Source: Gammaproteobacteria bacterium
Lineage (GTDB): Bacteria; Pseudomonadota; Gammaproteobacteria; SZUA-229
Reading direction: 5' to 3'
Length of the DNA stretch: 59,977 bases
Assembly (NCBI GenBank): GCA_048550535.1
Contig: JBLYYN010000146.1
Coordinates: forward strand, 1-59,977
Made by a program: the position numbers and the translations under genes. The notes under the pieces were generated by a model. That model saw only the letters and a list, made by a program, of their open reading frames with translations. It ran no database searches and was not told where the DNA came from. Positions 47,346 through 58,887 of this stretch are shown one piece after another (the stretch's first letter is position 1; every line of letters begins with the position of its first letter).

Positions 47346-48275
47346 TCAGTCATTAATCAAAGTCAGCCATTCAGGATGTACATGATGGCGACCATGAACC
47401 ACATCGAAATACATGGTTTGTAATTTTTCTGTGATGGGACCTCGGCTGCCGATACCAATGCTACGATTATCTACTTCGCGTATCGGTGTTACTTCGGCCG
47501 CGGTTCCGGTAAAGAAAGCCTCATCGGCGATATACACTTCATCACGGGTAATGCGCTTTTCTCGGATTTCAACCCCCAGCTCATTACACAGAGTAAAAAT
47601 GGTGTTACGGGTAATCCCATTCAAAGCCGAAGTTAAGTCCGGAGTATAGATGACACCGTCTTTGACGATGAAAATATTTTCACCACTACCTTCTGCTACA
47701 TAACCTTCATTATCCAGCAGCATAGCTTCATCATATCCATCGGTGACGGCTTCCTGTAGTGCCAGCATGGAGTTGATATAATGGCCGTTAGCCTTGGCCT
47801 TGCACATACTGATATTCACATGGTGGCGAGTATAAGACGATGTGCGAATACGGATACCGTTTTCCAGATTATCCTTACCCAGATAAGCCCCCCACTCCCA
47901 GGCTGCGATAATAACGTGGGTTTTCAGATTATCGGCGCGTAAGCCCATGCCTTCAGATCCATAAAAACACATGGGACGCAAATAGGCGGATTGCAGATTA
48001 TTCTCACGTACTACCGTCCGCTGTGCTTCGATCAATGTTGCCTTATCGAACGGCATATCCATTTTCATGATATGAGCAGAATCAAACAGTCGATCAGTAT
48101 GCGCCTGCAAACGAAAAATAGCCGTGCCCTGCTCTGCTTTATAAGCTCGCACACCCTCAAAAACACCCATACCGTAATGCAGAGTATGGGTTAACACATG
48201 GACTTTTGCTTCGCGCCAGGGGACAAGCTCCCCATCGAACCAGATAACCCCATCGCGATCAGCCATGGTTTGCAT
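47346..48275 (-). CDS. ilvE: Branched-chain amino acid aminotransferase
   Basis: 309 aa. MADRDGVIWFDGELVPWREAKVHVLTHTLHYGMGVFEGVRAY and EGSGENIF. Confidence 0.95.
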   Translation of the reverse strand: MQTMADRDGVIWFDGELVPWREAKVHVLTHTLHYGMGVFEGVRAYKAEQGTAIFRLQAHTDRLFDSAHIMKMDMPFDKATLIEAQRTVVRENNLQSAYLRPMCFYGSEGMGLRADNLKTHVIIAAWEWGAYLGKDNLENGIRIRTSSYTRHHVNISMCKAKANGHYINSMLALQEAVTDGYDEAMLLDNEGYVAEGSGENIFIVKDGVIYTPDLTSALNGITRNTIFTLCNELGVEIREKRITRDEVYIADEAFFTGTAAEVTPIREVDNRSIGIGSRGPITEKLQTMYFDVVHGRHHVHPEWLTLIND

Positions 48276-48286
48276 ATATCAATCTC

Positions 48287-51217
48287 CTAACTGTTTGTGC
48301 TGCTTTCATTGACCAGCACATTCTGCCATATTGTTGTTACATCGGCACGTTGTGATTCAAATAATGAATCATTTACGATTGATGATTGTTCCTGTAGCGC
48401 CAGCTGATGGCTGTAGACTCGATAATCCTGGTATGCCTGACTCAATCGCTCTACATCTTCGGGCTGTAAAATCCCACTAATCAGTAAGCCTTTGAGGATT
48501 TTTCGAGTCGCCGTTTGTTGCAGTAATTCTGGATGACTGGCCGCCGTGGCAAGTACACCATATTGAGCAATAAATTCGATATCGACGATACCTCCACTAT
48601 CATGTTTAATGTGGAACTCGCCGGCTTTTTTACTGCCCAGATTTTCACTCATTTTCTGCCGCATTTCACAGACATCAGATTTCAACGGCTGCAGTTCCCG
48701 GGGACGAGCCAGCACTGCATGCCTGATTCTATCAAATTCTTCACCTATATGGGGGGGGCCTAACACCATTCTTGCGCGAATCAGCGCCTGGTGTTCCCAG
48801 GTCCAGGCCTTTTCTTTCTGGTAATATTCGAAAGCTTCCAGACTGCTCACCAGCATACCCGCAGCACCATCCGGTCGTAACCGGGTATCGATTTCGTATA
48901 AGCGCCCAGTGGCCGTCTGGGCACTCAATATATGCACCACCCGCTGTGCCAGGCGGGCAAAAAAAGTGCTGTTATCGATACTGCGTTCACCGTTGCTGTA
49001 TTGCCTGTCTCCATGACTGTTGTGCAGGAACACAATATCCAGGTCCGAAGCATAACCCAGCTCTCTGCCACCCATTTTGCCATAGGCAATAATGGCCATC
49101 TCAGGCTCACAGGATTGCCCCTCCAGCTCGCACATCGGCCGCCCATGACGCTTGATCATGTGCTGCCAGGCCAATTGGTACACCTTGGCTACCAGCACCT
49201 CGGCAATCAGGGTCAGTTGCTCACTGACTTCGAACACTTCCAGGCTGTTTGCCACATCCATGGCCGCTATGCGTAATACCTGGGCCTGTTTAAACTTTCT
49301 CAGCACCTCCATTTCCCGTTCTTCGTCACCCTGTACAGCATCGACCAACGAGTCCAGTTGCTCCATTAACTGAGCTTTATCATGTAATTCATAAAGCACG
49401 CGAAAGTCCAGTAATTCGTCCAGCAGAATCGGATATCGGGTGAGTAAATGGGCAATCCAGGGACTGGCAGCACAAAGTTTCACCAGCTGTTTCAAGGCCA
49501 GAGGGTACTCGATGAGCAGAGACAGATAGACGCTACGCCGCACTATGGCCTGTAGCAAATTCAGTAAGCGTTGCAGCACCACTTCCGGCCTTGCTTGCTC
49601 AATCAATTGCTTGAGCATCAGGGGCATTAAATCATCCAGCCGCTGGCGGGCAGTGCCGGTGAGCGATTTTAGTTGCGATGAATCTCTAAACATCTGGAGT
49701 TGATGGAATACCGATTCTGCTTCTGCGCAGCCATTATCATTCAGCCACGCCATCGTCTCAGCTTTTTCCAACCCACTCAGCCAGATTTCAGTTATGCCAC
49801 GCCCAGCGCTAGAGTCTGAGCTGGAATCGCCCGTGGATTTGGCAAAGGTCTGGTTAAAACTGTGGTGCACCTGCTGCCGATGCCGTTCAATATCACCCAG
49901 TAAACTGGGCCAATCCGGGTAATCCATAGCCAGGGCCATGGCCGTTTGTGGTAACTCATCTGCGGGCAGCAGGTGGGTTTGACCATCGGCATACATTTGC
50001 AGGCGATTTTCCAGTCGTCGCAAAAAATCGTAATTCTCCGTTAATTGCTCAGTCTCCTGTTCGGGTAAATAACCTTTGTCGGACAATAAATTCAGCACCT
50101 TAACGATGCTGCGGATTTGCATATCAGGCTCACCACCACCACGGATCAGCTGAAAAGTCTGTCCAATAAATTCGATTTCCCGAATACCACCTTCACCCAG
50201 TTTAATGTTGTTTAGATTGCCCTTACGTCGAATTTCCTTATCGATCATCACTTTCATTTCACGAATCGACTGGAAAGCCCCAAAATCCAGATAACGCCGA
50301 TAGACAAAGGGCTTGAGCATATCCATCAATTCCTTACCCGCCTCACGATCGCCACCAATCACCCTGGCCTTAATCATCGCATAACGTTCCCAGTCGCGGC
50401 CTTGAGTCTGATAATACTGCTCCATACCATCAAAGCTCATCACCAGGGGACCACTATCACCATAAGGCCGCAGTCGCATATCCACCCGAAACACAAAGCC
50501 ATCACCGGTGACATCGTTCAAAACTTTGATGAATCGCTGACCCAGGCGAATAAAGAACTGACTGTTCGCCATGGCTCGGCCATTTTTCACTTCCCCTTCC
50601 TCAGGGTATGCAAAAATCAGATCGATATCGGAGGAGAAATTCAGTTCATGACCACCCAGCTTACCCATGCCCAGCACCACCATACGCATGGACTGACCCT
50701 CGGCATCCGTCGGAGTACCCAGCGCCTGACACTGGTCCTGGTATAGATACTCGAGTGTTAATTCAACACAGGTTTCAGCGAGGTCTGTTAAATTGGCCAG
50801 GGTTTCCAGTGTAGCTGCCTGAGTTGCCAGATCACGCCAGGCAATACGAAACATCTGGCGCTGACGAAACTGTCGCAAACCCTGCATCAGAGCAAAATCA
50901 TTGGCTAATGGCAGATCGGCCAATAAACCAGCTAACTCAGATTGGTATTGTTCGAGGTTTTTACTGGAATCAAGCTCGCCCGTGTTGAACATGGCCAGGC
51001 ATTGAGCTGGCTGCTTGATCATCACGCCAGCGACAAAATCACTGCAGGCCCAGTGTTTTCCCAGCAGGGCAAGATCCAGCCCAACCGATTCGGATTGCTC
51101 AATATTGCGACAGGCCTGCTGCCAGGCCTCCCAGTGAATGGAAACTTTTTCCCGAAGAGCAAGGGGTACCTGGGATAATAATAGCGGAGGTATTTCAGGC
51201 TGTGTCATAGCCGGCAT
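48287..51217 (-). CDS. glnE: Bifunctional glutamine synthetase adenylyltransferase / adenylyl-removing enzyme
   Basis: 976 aa. Two nucleotidyltransferase domains (GMGKLGGHELNFSSDIDLIF and YGKMGGRELGYASDLDIVFLH). Confidence 0.95.
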   Translation of the reverse strand: MPAMTQPEIPPLLLSQVPLALREKVSIHWEAWQQACRNIEQSESVGLDLALLGKHWACSDFVAGVMIKQPAQCLAMFNTGELDSSKNLEQYQSELAGLLADLPLANDFALMQGLRQFRQRQMFRIAWRDLATQAATLETLANLTDLAETCVELTLEYLYQDQCQALGTPTDAEGQSMRMVVLGMGKLGGHELNFSSDIDLIFAYPEEGEVKNGRAMANSQFFIRLGQRFIKVLNDVTGDGFVFRVDMRLRPYGDSGPLVMSFDGMEQYYQTQGRDWERYAMIKARVIGGDREAGKELMDMLKPFVYRRYLDFGAFQSIREMKVMIDKEIRRKGNLNNIKLGEGGIREIEFIGQTFQLIRGGGEPDMQIRSIVKVLNLLSDKGYLPEQETEQLTENYDFLRRLENRLQMYADGQTHLLPADELPQTAMALAMDYPDWPSLLGDIERHRQQVHHSFNQTFAKSTGDSSSDSSAGRGITEIWLSGLEKAETMAWLNDNGCAEAESVFHQLQMFRDSSQLKSLTGTARQRLDDLMPLMLKQLIEQARPEVVLQRLLNLLQAIVRRSVYLSLLIEYPLALKQLVKLCAASPWIAHLLTRYPILLDELLDFRVLYELHDKAQLMEQLDSLVDAVQGDEEREMEVLRKFKQAQVLRIAAMDVANSLEVFEVSEQLTLIAEVLVAKVYQLAWQHMIKRHGRPMCELEGQSCEPEMAIIAYGKMGGRELGYASDLDIVFLHNSHGDRQYSNGERSIDNSTFFARLAQRVVHILSAQTATGRLYEIDTRLRPDGAAGMLVSSLEAFEYYQKEKAWTWEHQALIRARMVLGPPHIGEEFDRIRHAVLARPRELQPLKSDVCEMRQKMSENLGSKKAGEFHIKHDSGGIVDIEFIAQYGVLATAASHPELLQQTATRKILKGLLISGILQPEDVERLSQAYQDYRVYSHQLALQEQSSIVNDSLFESQRADVTTIWQNVLVNESSTNS

Positions 51218-51272
51218 TATAGATTGTTCAGCTGATCAGACAACATGCTTATCTGATTTAAACCACTACAGA

Positions 51273-52064
51273 TCAGCGAATTTTTTTCGCCTTGTTCACG
51301 ATCTCATAGGCCCATTTGATTTCCTGCACCCGGATAATGGCCGCCTGAATTTCAGCATCATCACAACCGCGGGCCATCAACTTGTCGGGATGGTTAAGAC
51401 TTAACTGACGGCGATAGGCCTGGGTGATGGATTGCTCACTGTCCCATCGGGACACTTCCAGCAGCTCACAGGCACTTGCCAGACTCATAGCTTTGGCTGT
51501 TTTTTTAGACTGATGAGTCTGTGACCCTTCGGCCGGTTTAACTACCCGCACGCGATTCTCTATCCGGTTAAATATGGCCTGGGAAATATCCAGACGTTTA
51601 CAAATCTTGTTCAGTAATTCCTGCTCGGAAGGCTGCATTACGCCATCGGCAAGGGCCATTTGCAACTGAACCTCAACAAATATCTGCAGCAGACTGGCAC
51701 GGTGAGAACATAAGCGGTTAAACCGTATCAGAACCTGATCCAGATTAAAATCCGCCTGGGTACCGGTACTGAACAATCGGCTAGCCAATTGCTGTTGTTG
51801 CTGATTTAGTTTGAGCTGGTCCATCACCTTGTGATTCTGTGCCAGCTCCGCAGGCCGAATACGGCCATCAACCCGAGCCATTCTGCCCAGCACTGAAAAC
51901 AGGACGATAAAAAAGGCAACCTGACTAGCGCCCTTATAACCCGAATGATTCAGCTGAAAAACATAATCCTGCCACCAGTCTTCCAGGGAATAACTAGAAA
52001 AACGATCGGACAGATTCGGTAGTGAACGGAAGGTTTGACTCAATGCAGCAGCTAAACGGGACAA
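51273..52064 (-). CDS. djlA: DjlA-like co-chaperone (TerB-like domain plus C-terminal J domain)
   Basis: 263 aa. The C-terminal J domain carries HPD (AYRRQLSLNHPDKLMARG ... IKWAYEIV). The central region resembles the DjlA TerB domain (VLGRMARVDGRI ... QMALADGVMQPSEQ). It has a TTG start and no obvious N-terminal TM helix. Confidence 0.75.
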   Translation of the reverse strand: MSRLAAALSQTFRSLPNLSDRFSSYSLEDWWQDYVFQLNHSGYKGASQVAFFIVLFSVLGRMARVDGRIRPAELAQNHKVMDQLKLNQQQQQLASRLFSTGTQADFNLDQVLIRFNRLCSHRASLLQIFVEVQLQMALADGVMQPSEQELLNKICKRLDISQAIFNRIENRVRVVKPAEGSQTHQSKKTAKAMSLASACELLEVSRWDSEQSITQAYRRQLSLNHPDKLMARGCDDAEIQAAIIRVQEIKWAYEIVNKAKKIR

Positions 52065-52236
52065 GGTAGTTCCAGGTATTTAATCATTTATGTTACACAA
52101 ACAATAGAACAAACCCAGGCCAAGGTAAAGTCTTTTTCTATAAAAAACATGATTTTATAGATACTTTAAAGAATTCAGGAGAAATCAACCCCATAACCAA
52201 TTGAAAAAATATAATTGGATTAAGATCTCAGTGAAT

Positions 52237-53433
52237 TCACTTCTCAGTAATAACCTTGGATGCCGCCAGCCTCGCTCGACCTCGCGCCTCATCCACATCC
52301 GCCCCAGAGGCTATGGCCACGCCCATACGTCTGTGCTCAAAAGCCTCGGGTTTTCCAAACAATCTCAATTCACTGCCCGGTACCGTCAGCGCCTGTTCTA
52401 TTCCAGTATAGCTGATAGCAGACTCATTCATACCACCGTATATCACCGCGCTGGCCCCTGCATTGCGCAGGGTGGTATCCACCGGCAAACCCAGCAGGGC
52501 ACGGGCATGCAGGGCAAACTCCGACTGCCACTGGCTGATTAAAGTCACCAGCCCCGTATCATGGGGCCGAGGACTGACTTCACTGAACCAGACCTGATCG
52601 CCCCGGATAAACAGTTCGACGCCAAAAACACCCCTGCCGCCCAATGCATCAGTCACCTGTTGCGCAATACGTCGGGATTCTTCCAGTGCCGTTTCCGACA
52701 TTTTCTGTGGCTGCCAGCTCTCGACATAGTCACCGTTTTTCTGCAAATGCCCGACGGGAGCACAAAAGTGGGTTTCAACTGTACCCTTGGCATTGAGCGC
52801 CCTGACCGTGAGCTGGGTGATTTCATAATCGAATTCCACCACCCCTTCCACAATCACTCGACCCTGGTTGACCCGGCCGGCAGTCATGGCATATTCCCAG
52901 GCCGACTCCAGGTCGTCATCCGATTCCAGCCGTGACTGCCCCTTGCCGGATGACGACATCACCGGCTTGATGATACAGGGATATCCGGTGACCTCATCGA
53001 TCACCGTTTTTAATTCCTCCAGACTGCTGGCAAAACCATAACTGGAGGTAGGCAATCCCAGTTCTTCCGCCACCAGTCGCCGTATGCCTTCCCGGTTCAT
53101 AGTCAATTGTGTGGCACGGGCAGTAGGAATGACTTGTGCAAGATTTTCCGCTTCGATCTCCGCCAGCATATCAGTGGCAATGGCTTCAATTTCCGGCACT
53201 ATGATATGCGGTCGCTCCTGCTTCACCAGCGCTTTGAAGGCCTGAGCATCGGTCATATCCAGTACATGGGCACGATGGGCCACCTGATGGCCCGGCGCAT
53301 GTTCATAGCGATCCACCGCAATCACTTCCACACCCAGACGTTGCAGCTCAATAATCACTTCCTTACCCAGCTCACCACTGCCCAACAGCATGACTCGAGT
53401 GGCGGATTCAGATAATGGGGTACCGATTTTCAT
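52237..53433 (-). CDS. purT: Formate-dependent phosphoribosylglycinamide formyltransferase (GAR transformylase 2)
   Basis: ATP-grasp enzyme. [26 protein letters not shown] matches the PurT N-terminus. I prefer ATG 53433, which is preceded by GGTGA. The ORF extends to GTG 53460, inside a repeat arm. Confidence 0.93.
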   Translation of the reverse strand: MKIGTPLSESATRVMLLGSGELGKEVIIELQRLGVEVIAVDRYEHAPGHQVAHRAHVLDMTDAQAFKALVKQERPHIIVPEIEAIATDMLAEIEAENLAQVIPTARATQLTMNREGIRRLVAEELGLPTSSYGFASSLEELKTVIDEVTGYPCIIKPVMSSSGKGQSRLESDDDLESAWEYAMTAGRVNQGRVIVEGVVEFDYEITQLTVRALNAKGTVETHFCAPVGHLQKNGDYVESWQPQKMSETALEESRRIAQQVTDALGGRGVFGVELFIRGDQVWFSEVSPRPHDTGLVTLISQWQSEFALHARALLGLPVDTTLRNAGASAVIYGGMNESAISYTGIEQALTVPGSELRLFGKPEAFEHRRMGVAIASGADVDEARGRARLAASKVITEK

Positions 53434-53456
53434 TGTTATCACCGTTTGATTATTTG

Positions 53457-53631
53457 CCACAGAGACGCAGAGTGCACAGAGTTTTTTATTAAATTACTTT
53501 GCATACATTTCGTGCATAAGTGACCACTATTTTTTATTGAATTAATCCCAACAAACTAATATTGCCCAAGAGCCATATAGCGCACAAAACAAAAATTAAT
53601 TCATTTCTCTGTGTACTCTGCGCCTCCGTGG
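53457..53631. repeat. Small palindromic element with 25-bp terminal inverted repeats
   Basis: ccacagagacgcagagtgcacagag (53457-53481) matches the reverse complement of ctctgtgtactctgcgcctccgtgg (53607-53631) at 22 of 25 positions. All three mismatches are A/G transitions. The spacer is 125 bp and AT-rich. Confidence 0.55.
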
Positions 53632-53644
53632 CAAAGAAAATTTA

Positions 53645-55492
53645 CTATTTTTTCAGCTGAGATACATCCCGCACCGCACCGCGAGCCGCACTGGTGGTCA
53701 GGGCCGCATAGGCCTTTAACGCCTGACTCACTACTCGATCCCGGTTCACTGGTTTCCAGCCGGCTTCGCCTTTGGCGTCCATGGCCTGGCGACGCTGCTG
53801 CATTTCGGTATCGTCGATCAGCAGGTTAATGCTGCGCTTGGGAATGTCGATCTCGATCATGTCACCCTCTTCCACCAGACCGATGGCGCCACCTTCAGCA
53901 GCTTCCGGTGAGGCGTGGCCGATGGATAATCCGGAAGTACCGCCGGAGAATCGGCCATCGGTGAATAGGGCACAGACCTTACCCATGCCTTTGGATTTGA
54001 GATAGGAGGTGGGGTACAACATTTCCTGCATACCCGGGCCTCCCTTCGGGCCTTCATAACGAATAATCACCACATCGCCTGGTTTGATCTGGTCACCCAG
54101 AATACCGGCAACCGCGTCGTCCTGGGATTCGAAAATTCGTGCTGGCCCCTTAAACTTGAGAATACTCTCATCGACGCCGGCGGTTTTCACAATACAGCCC
54201 TGCTCGGCAATATTGCCGAATAACACCGCCAGACCACCGTCCAGGGAATAGGCATGGGCCAGATTACGGATACAACCATTTTCACGGTCGGCATCCAGTG
54301 ACCAGCGTTTGTCCTGGGAGAAGGCGGTTTGTGTCGGCACATTACCCGGCGCCGCAGAGAAACGAGCCTTGGCCTCATCATCATCACTCACCGCTATGTC
54401 CCACTTGGCCAGGGCCGAGGCCACACTGTCACTATGTACGGTCGGTAAATCACTGTGCAACAGACCCGCGCGATTAAGCTCCGCCAGAATACCCAGCACA
54501 CCACCGGCGCGGTGCACGTCTTCCATATGATACTTCTGAGTTGATGGAGCCACTTTACATAAATGAGGCACCTTGCGTGACAGGCGATCGATATCGTCCA
54601 TGGTGAAACCCACTTCGCCTTCTTCGGCTGCAGCCAGCAGATGCAACACGGTATTGGTGGAGCCACCCATGGCGATATCCAGACTCATAGCATTTTCAAA
54701 GGCCTTGAAGCTGGCGATGGAACGCGGCAATACAGAATCATCATCCTGTTCATAATAACGTTTGGTGATCTCGACAATTTTGCGACCCGCCTCCAGGAAC
54801 AGCTGTTCACGATCGGCATGGGTGGCCAGCAGTGAACCATTCCCTGGCAAAGACAACCCCAGCGCCTCAGTCAAACAGTTCATGGAATTGGCGGTGAACA
54901 TGCCGGAACAGGAACCACAGGTCGGGCAGGCAGAACGCTCGACTATAGCCACATCTTCATCGGACTCGTCCGGGCTGGCCGCCATCACCATGGCATCCAC
55001 CAGATCCAGATGCGCCTCCTGACCATGCACCACCGCTTTGCCTGATTCCATGGGTCCGCCGGACACGAATATCACCGGAATATTCAATCGCATGGCCGCC
55101 ATCAGCATACCGGGGGTGATTTTGTCGCAGTTGGAAATACAAACAATGGCATCGGCGCAGTGAGCATTCACCATGTACTCAACAGAATCGGCAATAATTT
55201 CACGGGAAGGCAAGGAGTACAACATGCCACCATGGCCCATGGCAATGCCATCATCCACAGCAATGGTATTGAACTCTTTGGCGATACCACCGGCTTTTTC
55301 CACCTCACGAGCCACCAGCTGCCCGAGGTCTTTCAGATGTACATGACCGGGTACAAACTGGGTAAAGGAATTGGAAATAGCAATGATAGGTTTATCAAAA
55401 TCCCCATCTTTCATACCGGTCGCCCGCCATAAAGCACGGGCTCCGGCCATGTTACGACCGTGGGTGGTGGTACGGGAACGGTATACGGGCAT
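53645..55492 (-). CDS. ilvD: Dihydroxy-acid dehydratase
   Basis: [26 protein letters not shown] (start at 55492), [12 protein letters not shown] and a C-terminal GAVR region. Confidence 0.96.
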   Translation of the reverse strand: MPVYRSRTTTHGRNMAGARALWRATGMKDGDFDKPIIAISNSFTQFVPGHVHLKDLGQLVAREVEKAGGIAKEFNTIAVDDGIAMGHGGMLYSLPSREIIADSVEYMVNAHCADAIVCISNCDKITPGMLMAAMRLNIPVIFVSGGPMESGKAVVHGQEAHLDLVDAMVMAASPDESDEDVAIVERSACPTCGSCSGMFTANSMNCLTEALGLSLPGNGSLLATHADREQLFLEAGRKIVEITKRYYEQDDDSVLPRSIASFKAFENAMSLDIAMGGSTNTVLHLLAAAEEGEVGFTMDDIDRLSRKVPHLCKVAPSTQKYHMEDVHRAGGVLGILAELNRAGLLHSDLPTVHSDSVASALAKWDIAVSDDDEAKARFSAAPGNVPTQTAFSQDKRWSLDADRENGCIRNLAHAYSLDGGLAVLFGNIAEQGCIVKTAGVDESILKFKGPARIFESQDDAVAGILGDQIKPGDVVIIRYEGPKGGPGMQEMLYPTSYLKSKGMGKVCALFTDGRFSGGTSGLSIGHASPEAAEGGAIGLVEEGDMIEIDIPKRSINLLIDDTEMQQRRQAMDAKGEAGWKPVNRDRVVSQALKAYAALTTSAARGAVRDVSQLKK

Positions 55493-55620
55493 GGTCGACC
55501 TCAAATGAATTCATTATGTAAGCCCGCTATTGTAATGCAAGCAAGAGCCAAGTCGAACTCGCAATGGAAAATAATTAGCTAAATCAGTCTAAAAAGCAAT
55601 GGCACCCAAAGGGCATAAAT

Positions 55621-55772
55621 CCGCAAATGCACGCAAATAAACGCAAATATTTCGCTTGTACGCCTACGGCGTAAAACAATACAGATGGTTTCATTTGCGT
55701 TTTTTGGCGTTGACGTGCATGGATGCACTAATGTCACGTAGCGCAAGGACGCGCATGAGTGACCATTTGCGG
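55621..55772. repeat. Family-2 palindromic intergenic repeat, copy b (inverted relative to copy a)
   Basis: The ends ccgcaaatg ... catttgcgg are inverted repeats. The interior matches the reverse complement of 20061-20205. Confidence 0.55.
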
Positions 55773-55806
55773 ACAGTAGCTTTTGATTTTAATCACCCGC
55801 TTCATC

Positions 55807-57447
55807 CTAAACCGTCAACCGCGAAATCACATGTTTAAGCTCTTCTGCCACCTGGCGCAGCTCTTCACTGGTTTTCGCCGAATGGCTAACAGAATCTGAA
55901 GTGGAATCCGCCACCTGGGATATATTGATGATATTGCGATTAATTTCCTCGGCCACCGAGTTCTGTTCTTCAGCGGAGCTGGCAATCAGGGTATTCATAT
56001 CGTTAATGCTGTTAACTGACTGAGTGATGGCATGCAGCACTTCTCCGGCACGGGCCGAGGCATCCCGTGTCACATCCGCCTGTGATCGACTCTGCATCAT
56101 GGCATCAACCGCCTGCAGAGCACCGGATTGTAACTTCTCGATCATCTGCTGGATTTCTTCAGTAGAGGTCTGAGTGCGTTGTGCCAGCACCCGTACTTCA
56201 TCGGCCACCACGGCAAACCCTCTACCCTGTTCCCCGGCTCGTGCAGCTTCGATAGCCGCATTCAGGGCCAGCAGATTGGTTTGTTCGGCAATACTTCGAA
56301 TCACATCCAGTACCGTGCCGATTTCCTGCGAATTTGATTCCAGCACCTGTATCACATCTGCCGCTAATTCCACCTTCTGGATTAATGCCGCAACCGCTGA
56401 TATGGACTCATTGACAACCTGTTGCCCCATACCCGCTTCGTTTTTGGCCTGGTGTGCCGATTCAGATGCCAACTGTGCATTCTGAGCCACTTCAGCCACT
56501 GTCGTACTCATCTCATTCATAGCGGAGGCCACCTGTTCGGTTTCCTGTCTTTGACGTTGCATGGCCTGACTGGATTGATCGGTGATATGGGACATATCTT
56601 CAGCCGATACCGACAGTTTGAAAACAGCCTGATTAATCTGTTTAACGATATTACCTATATCCTGCATGAGAGTTCGAGCACTGGTTGCTATCTGACCGAT
56701 TTCATCACCCGATGAAACTTCGATATTCCCGGTGAAATCCCCACTTGCCATTTTACTCAGGCTATTAACCATTCGTTTAGCAGGATAGACAATACTTTTT
56801 TGAATCATAAATAGAAAAATTACAAATGAAATGCTAACCGCAAAAATAAAAGCGGCAATGGTTATTTTCTGCACCTGGGCAAATTCATTAATTGCAGCCT
56901 GCACAGCCACCTTAGATTCATCATCCAGATTTTTAATGACCATTGCCAATAAGCTCGCCGGCTCCTGGTCTATTCCTCTGGCTATTTTATCTCCTGGCTT
57001 AAAATTGTTCCCGCTATCCAGATACACTTGTCGAGCTTTTTGATAGGTGTCATACATTTCGTTATGGAGATCCTGGAATTTTTCCATCAGCACAGCGTTT
57101 TTCGAATCTTTATGAATTCCAAGTAAATCATTTATGACATTCTTGACCTCAGCCTGAATCTGCTTCTGCTCCTTACCCACTCTTTTCCAGTATTTTTCCA
57201 TCTGTGCTGGATCATGACCCCGTAACAGCATATTTTTCCAACCTTTAATCTGGTGCTGAAAATTTGCTGCTATGGTTTGCACATCTGATTTAATTTGCAG
57301 ATCTTCATCTATGATGTGCTGTAATTTAACATTATCCAGATATGATATATAAAAGGACCAGACAATGACTGACAGAACCACGAGGGTGGTAACACCAATA
57401 GTCAGTAATAATTTATTACGAATGCTATGTCTGATAAAACCCAGCAT
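55807..57447 (-). CDS. Methyl-accepting chemotaxis protein
   Basis: 546 aa. Two TM segments flank a helical sensor domain, followed by a HAMP domain. The signalling hairpin reads [38 protein letters not shown]. Confidence 0.9.
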   Translation of the reverse strand: MLGFIRHSIRNKLLLTIGVTTLVVLSVIVWSFYISYLDNVKLQHIIDEDLQIKSDVQTIAANFQHQIKGWKNMLLRGHDPAQMEKYWKRVGKEQKQIQAEVKNVINDLLGIHKDSKNAVLMEKFQDLHNEMYDTYQKARQVYLDSGNNFKPGDKIARGIDQEPASLLAMVIKNLDDESKVAVQAAINEFAQVQKITIAAFIFAVSISFVIFLFMIQKSIVYPAKRMVNSLSKMASGDFTGNIEVSSGDEIGQIATSARTLMQDIGNIVKQINQAVFKLSVSAEDMSHITDQSSQAMQRQRQETEQVASAMNEMSTTVAEVAQNAQLASESAHQAKNEAGMGQQVVNESISAVAALIQKVELAADVIQVLESNSQEIGTVLDVIRSIAEQTNLLALNAAIEAARAGEQGRGFAVVADEVRVLAQRTQTSTEEIQQMIEKLQSGALQAVDAMMQSRSQADVTRDASARAGEVLHAITQSVNSINDMNTLIASSAEEQNSVAEEINRNIINISQVADSTSDSVSHSAKTSEELRQVAEELKHVISRLTV

Positions 57448-57954
57448 GAAATTTCCAGATTTTTCACCTTATTATTAGCTTGTTTATAGCAGAGATAAAA
57501 CAACCTGCAGCAAACCAAAAGCCCACCGAATCTAGACTGGCTGGCTTCAAACATCAGCTGAAAAGAGGTTATTTAGCGCTTATTCAATCACAGTGCTAGC
57601 GGGAGTAATGGGCAAACGAGGCATACTCGGTTCAGGAAATGGACGCGTCAATGATTCCAGAAACGCCACCGTCGATTTCACTTACTCGAAATGAGTGGAT
57701 CAAAATACAGAGCTATACCCAGTTTAACTCTAAGCCCGGGTGCCTGGATTATCAGCAGGAGCCCGCGATTTTTCCGGCAATACCTGCCACTAATAAGCCT
57801 GTAAGTCGACATGGCAGCAGCCATAATGTAATTGATGATTTCTGATTAATCGATTCCATATATCTATATGCTAATAATTGCATTTTTATACAGAAATCAA
57901 TCAAATTATTTATTACAATACGTTCAATCATAAATATTACTAATGGTATAAAAG

Positions 57955-58887
57955 ATGACCCTGACTGAACTCCGATATATTGTCGCAGTTGCCCAGCACC
58001 AGCATTTTGGTCGTGCAGCCAAGGCCTGCCACGTTACCCAGCCCACCCTCAGCCTGGGTATTAAAAAACTGGAAGACGAGCTGGATGTGAGCCTGTTCGA
58101 ACGCAGCGCTCGCAATGAATTAAAAATCACATCTCGCGGCGCGCCGATCATCGAGCAGGCACAGAAAGTCCTGGAACAGGCCGAAGTGATTAAACATCTG
58201 GCAAATGCCCAGCGAGACCCATTATCCGGCCCACTCAGACTGGGGGCCATCTACACCATCGCACCTTATCTGCTGCCGGAACTGATCCCCCGCATCCATA
58301 AACGGGCGCCACAAATGCCATTGATGATTGAAGAAAACTTCACCTCCGTTCTGGCCGAACAATTAAAACAGGGCAAGCTGGATGTCATTGTCGTTGCCCT
58401 TCCCTTTGAAGAACCCGGCATCATCACCCAGGCAGTTTATGATGAAAGCTTTATAGTTGCCGTGCCCCAGCAACATCCCTGGAGCCAGCTCAAGGCTATA
58501 CAGGCTAATGACCTTGCCAATGAAAGTCTGCTACTGCTTGGGCCAGGCCATTGTTTTCGGGATCAGATATTACAGAAATGCCCGGCCTGCCGAACCTCTA
58601 GTTTACAGAGAGGCATGGAAGGCAGTTCGCTGGAAACTATTCGCCATATGGTCGCCACCGGCACCGGCATTACCGTATTGCCTTCCAGCAGCAATACCCC
58701 CTCCAGCAACAACGATTTATTAACCCTGATCCCCTTCGAGCAACCGGGCCCATCGCGCCGGGTAGCACTGGCCTGGCGCAAAAGCTTTACCCGACCGGAT
58801 GCCATCGAAGCCCTGCGCAATGAAATCCTGCATTGCCAGTTCTATGGTGTCGAAATGCTCAATGATGAGACTATCCGTTCCAAATGA
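57955..58887 (+). CDS. oxyR: LysR-family hydrogen peroxide-responsive regulator OxyR
   Basis: 310 aa. MTLTELRYIVAVAQHQHFGRAAKACHVTQPTLSLGIKKLEDEL. The redox cysteine pair lies in GPGHCFRDQILQKC. Confidence 0.85.
   Translation: MTLTELRYIVAVAQHQHFGRAAKACHVTQPTLSLGIKKLEDELDVSLFERSARNELKITSRGAPIIEQAQKVLEQAEVIKHLANAQRDPLSGPLRLGAIYTIAPYLLPELIPRIHKRAPQMPLMIEENFTSVLAEQLKQGKLDVIVVALPFEEPGIITQAVYDESFIVAVPQQHPWSQLKAIQANDLANESLLLLGPGHCFRDQILQKCPACRTSSLQRGMEGSSLETIRHMVATGTGITVLPSSSNTPSSNNDLLTLIPFEQPGPSRRVALAWRKSFTRPDAIEALRNEILHCQFYGVEMLNDETIRSK

Noticed and set aside
57639-57845. 68-aa ORF between the chemoreceptor gene and oxyR
   Set aside because: It has no motif, signal peptide or SD sequence. It lies in a divergent promoter region and is probably non-coding.
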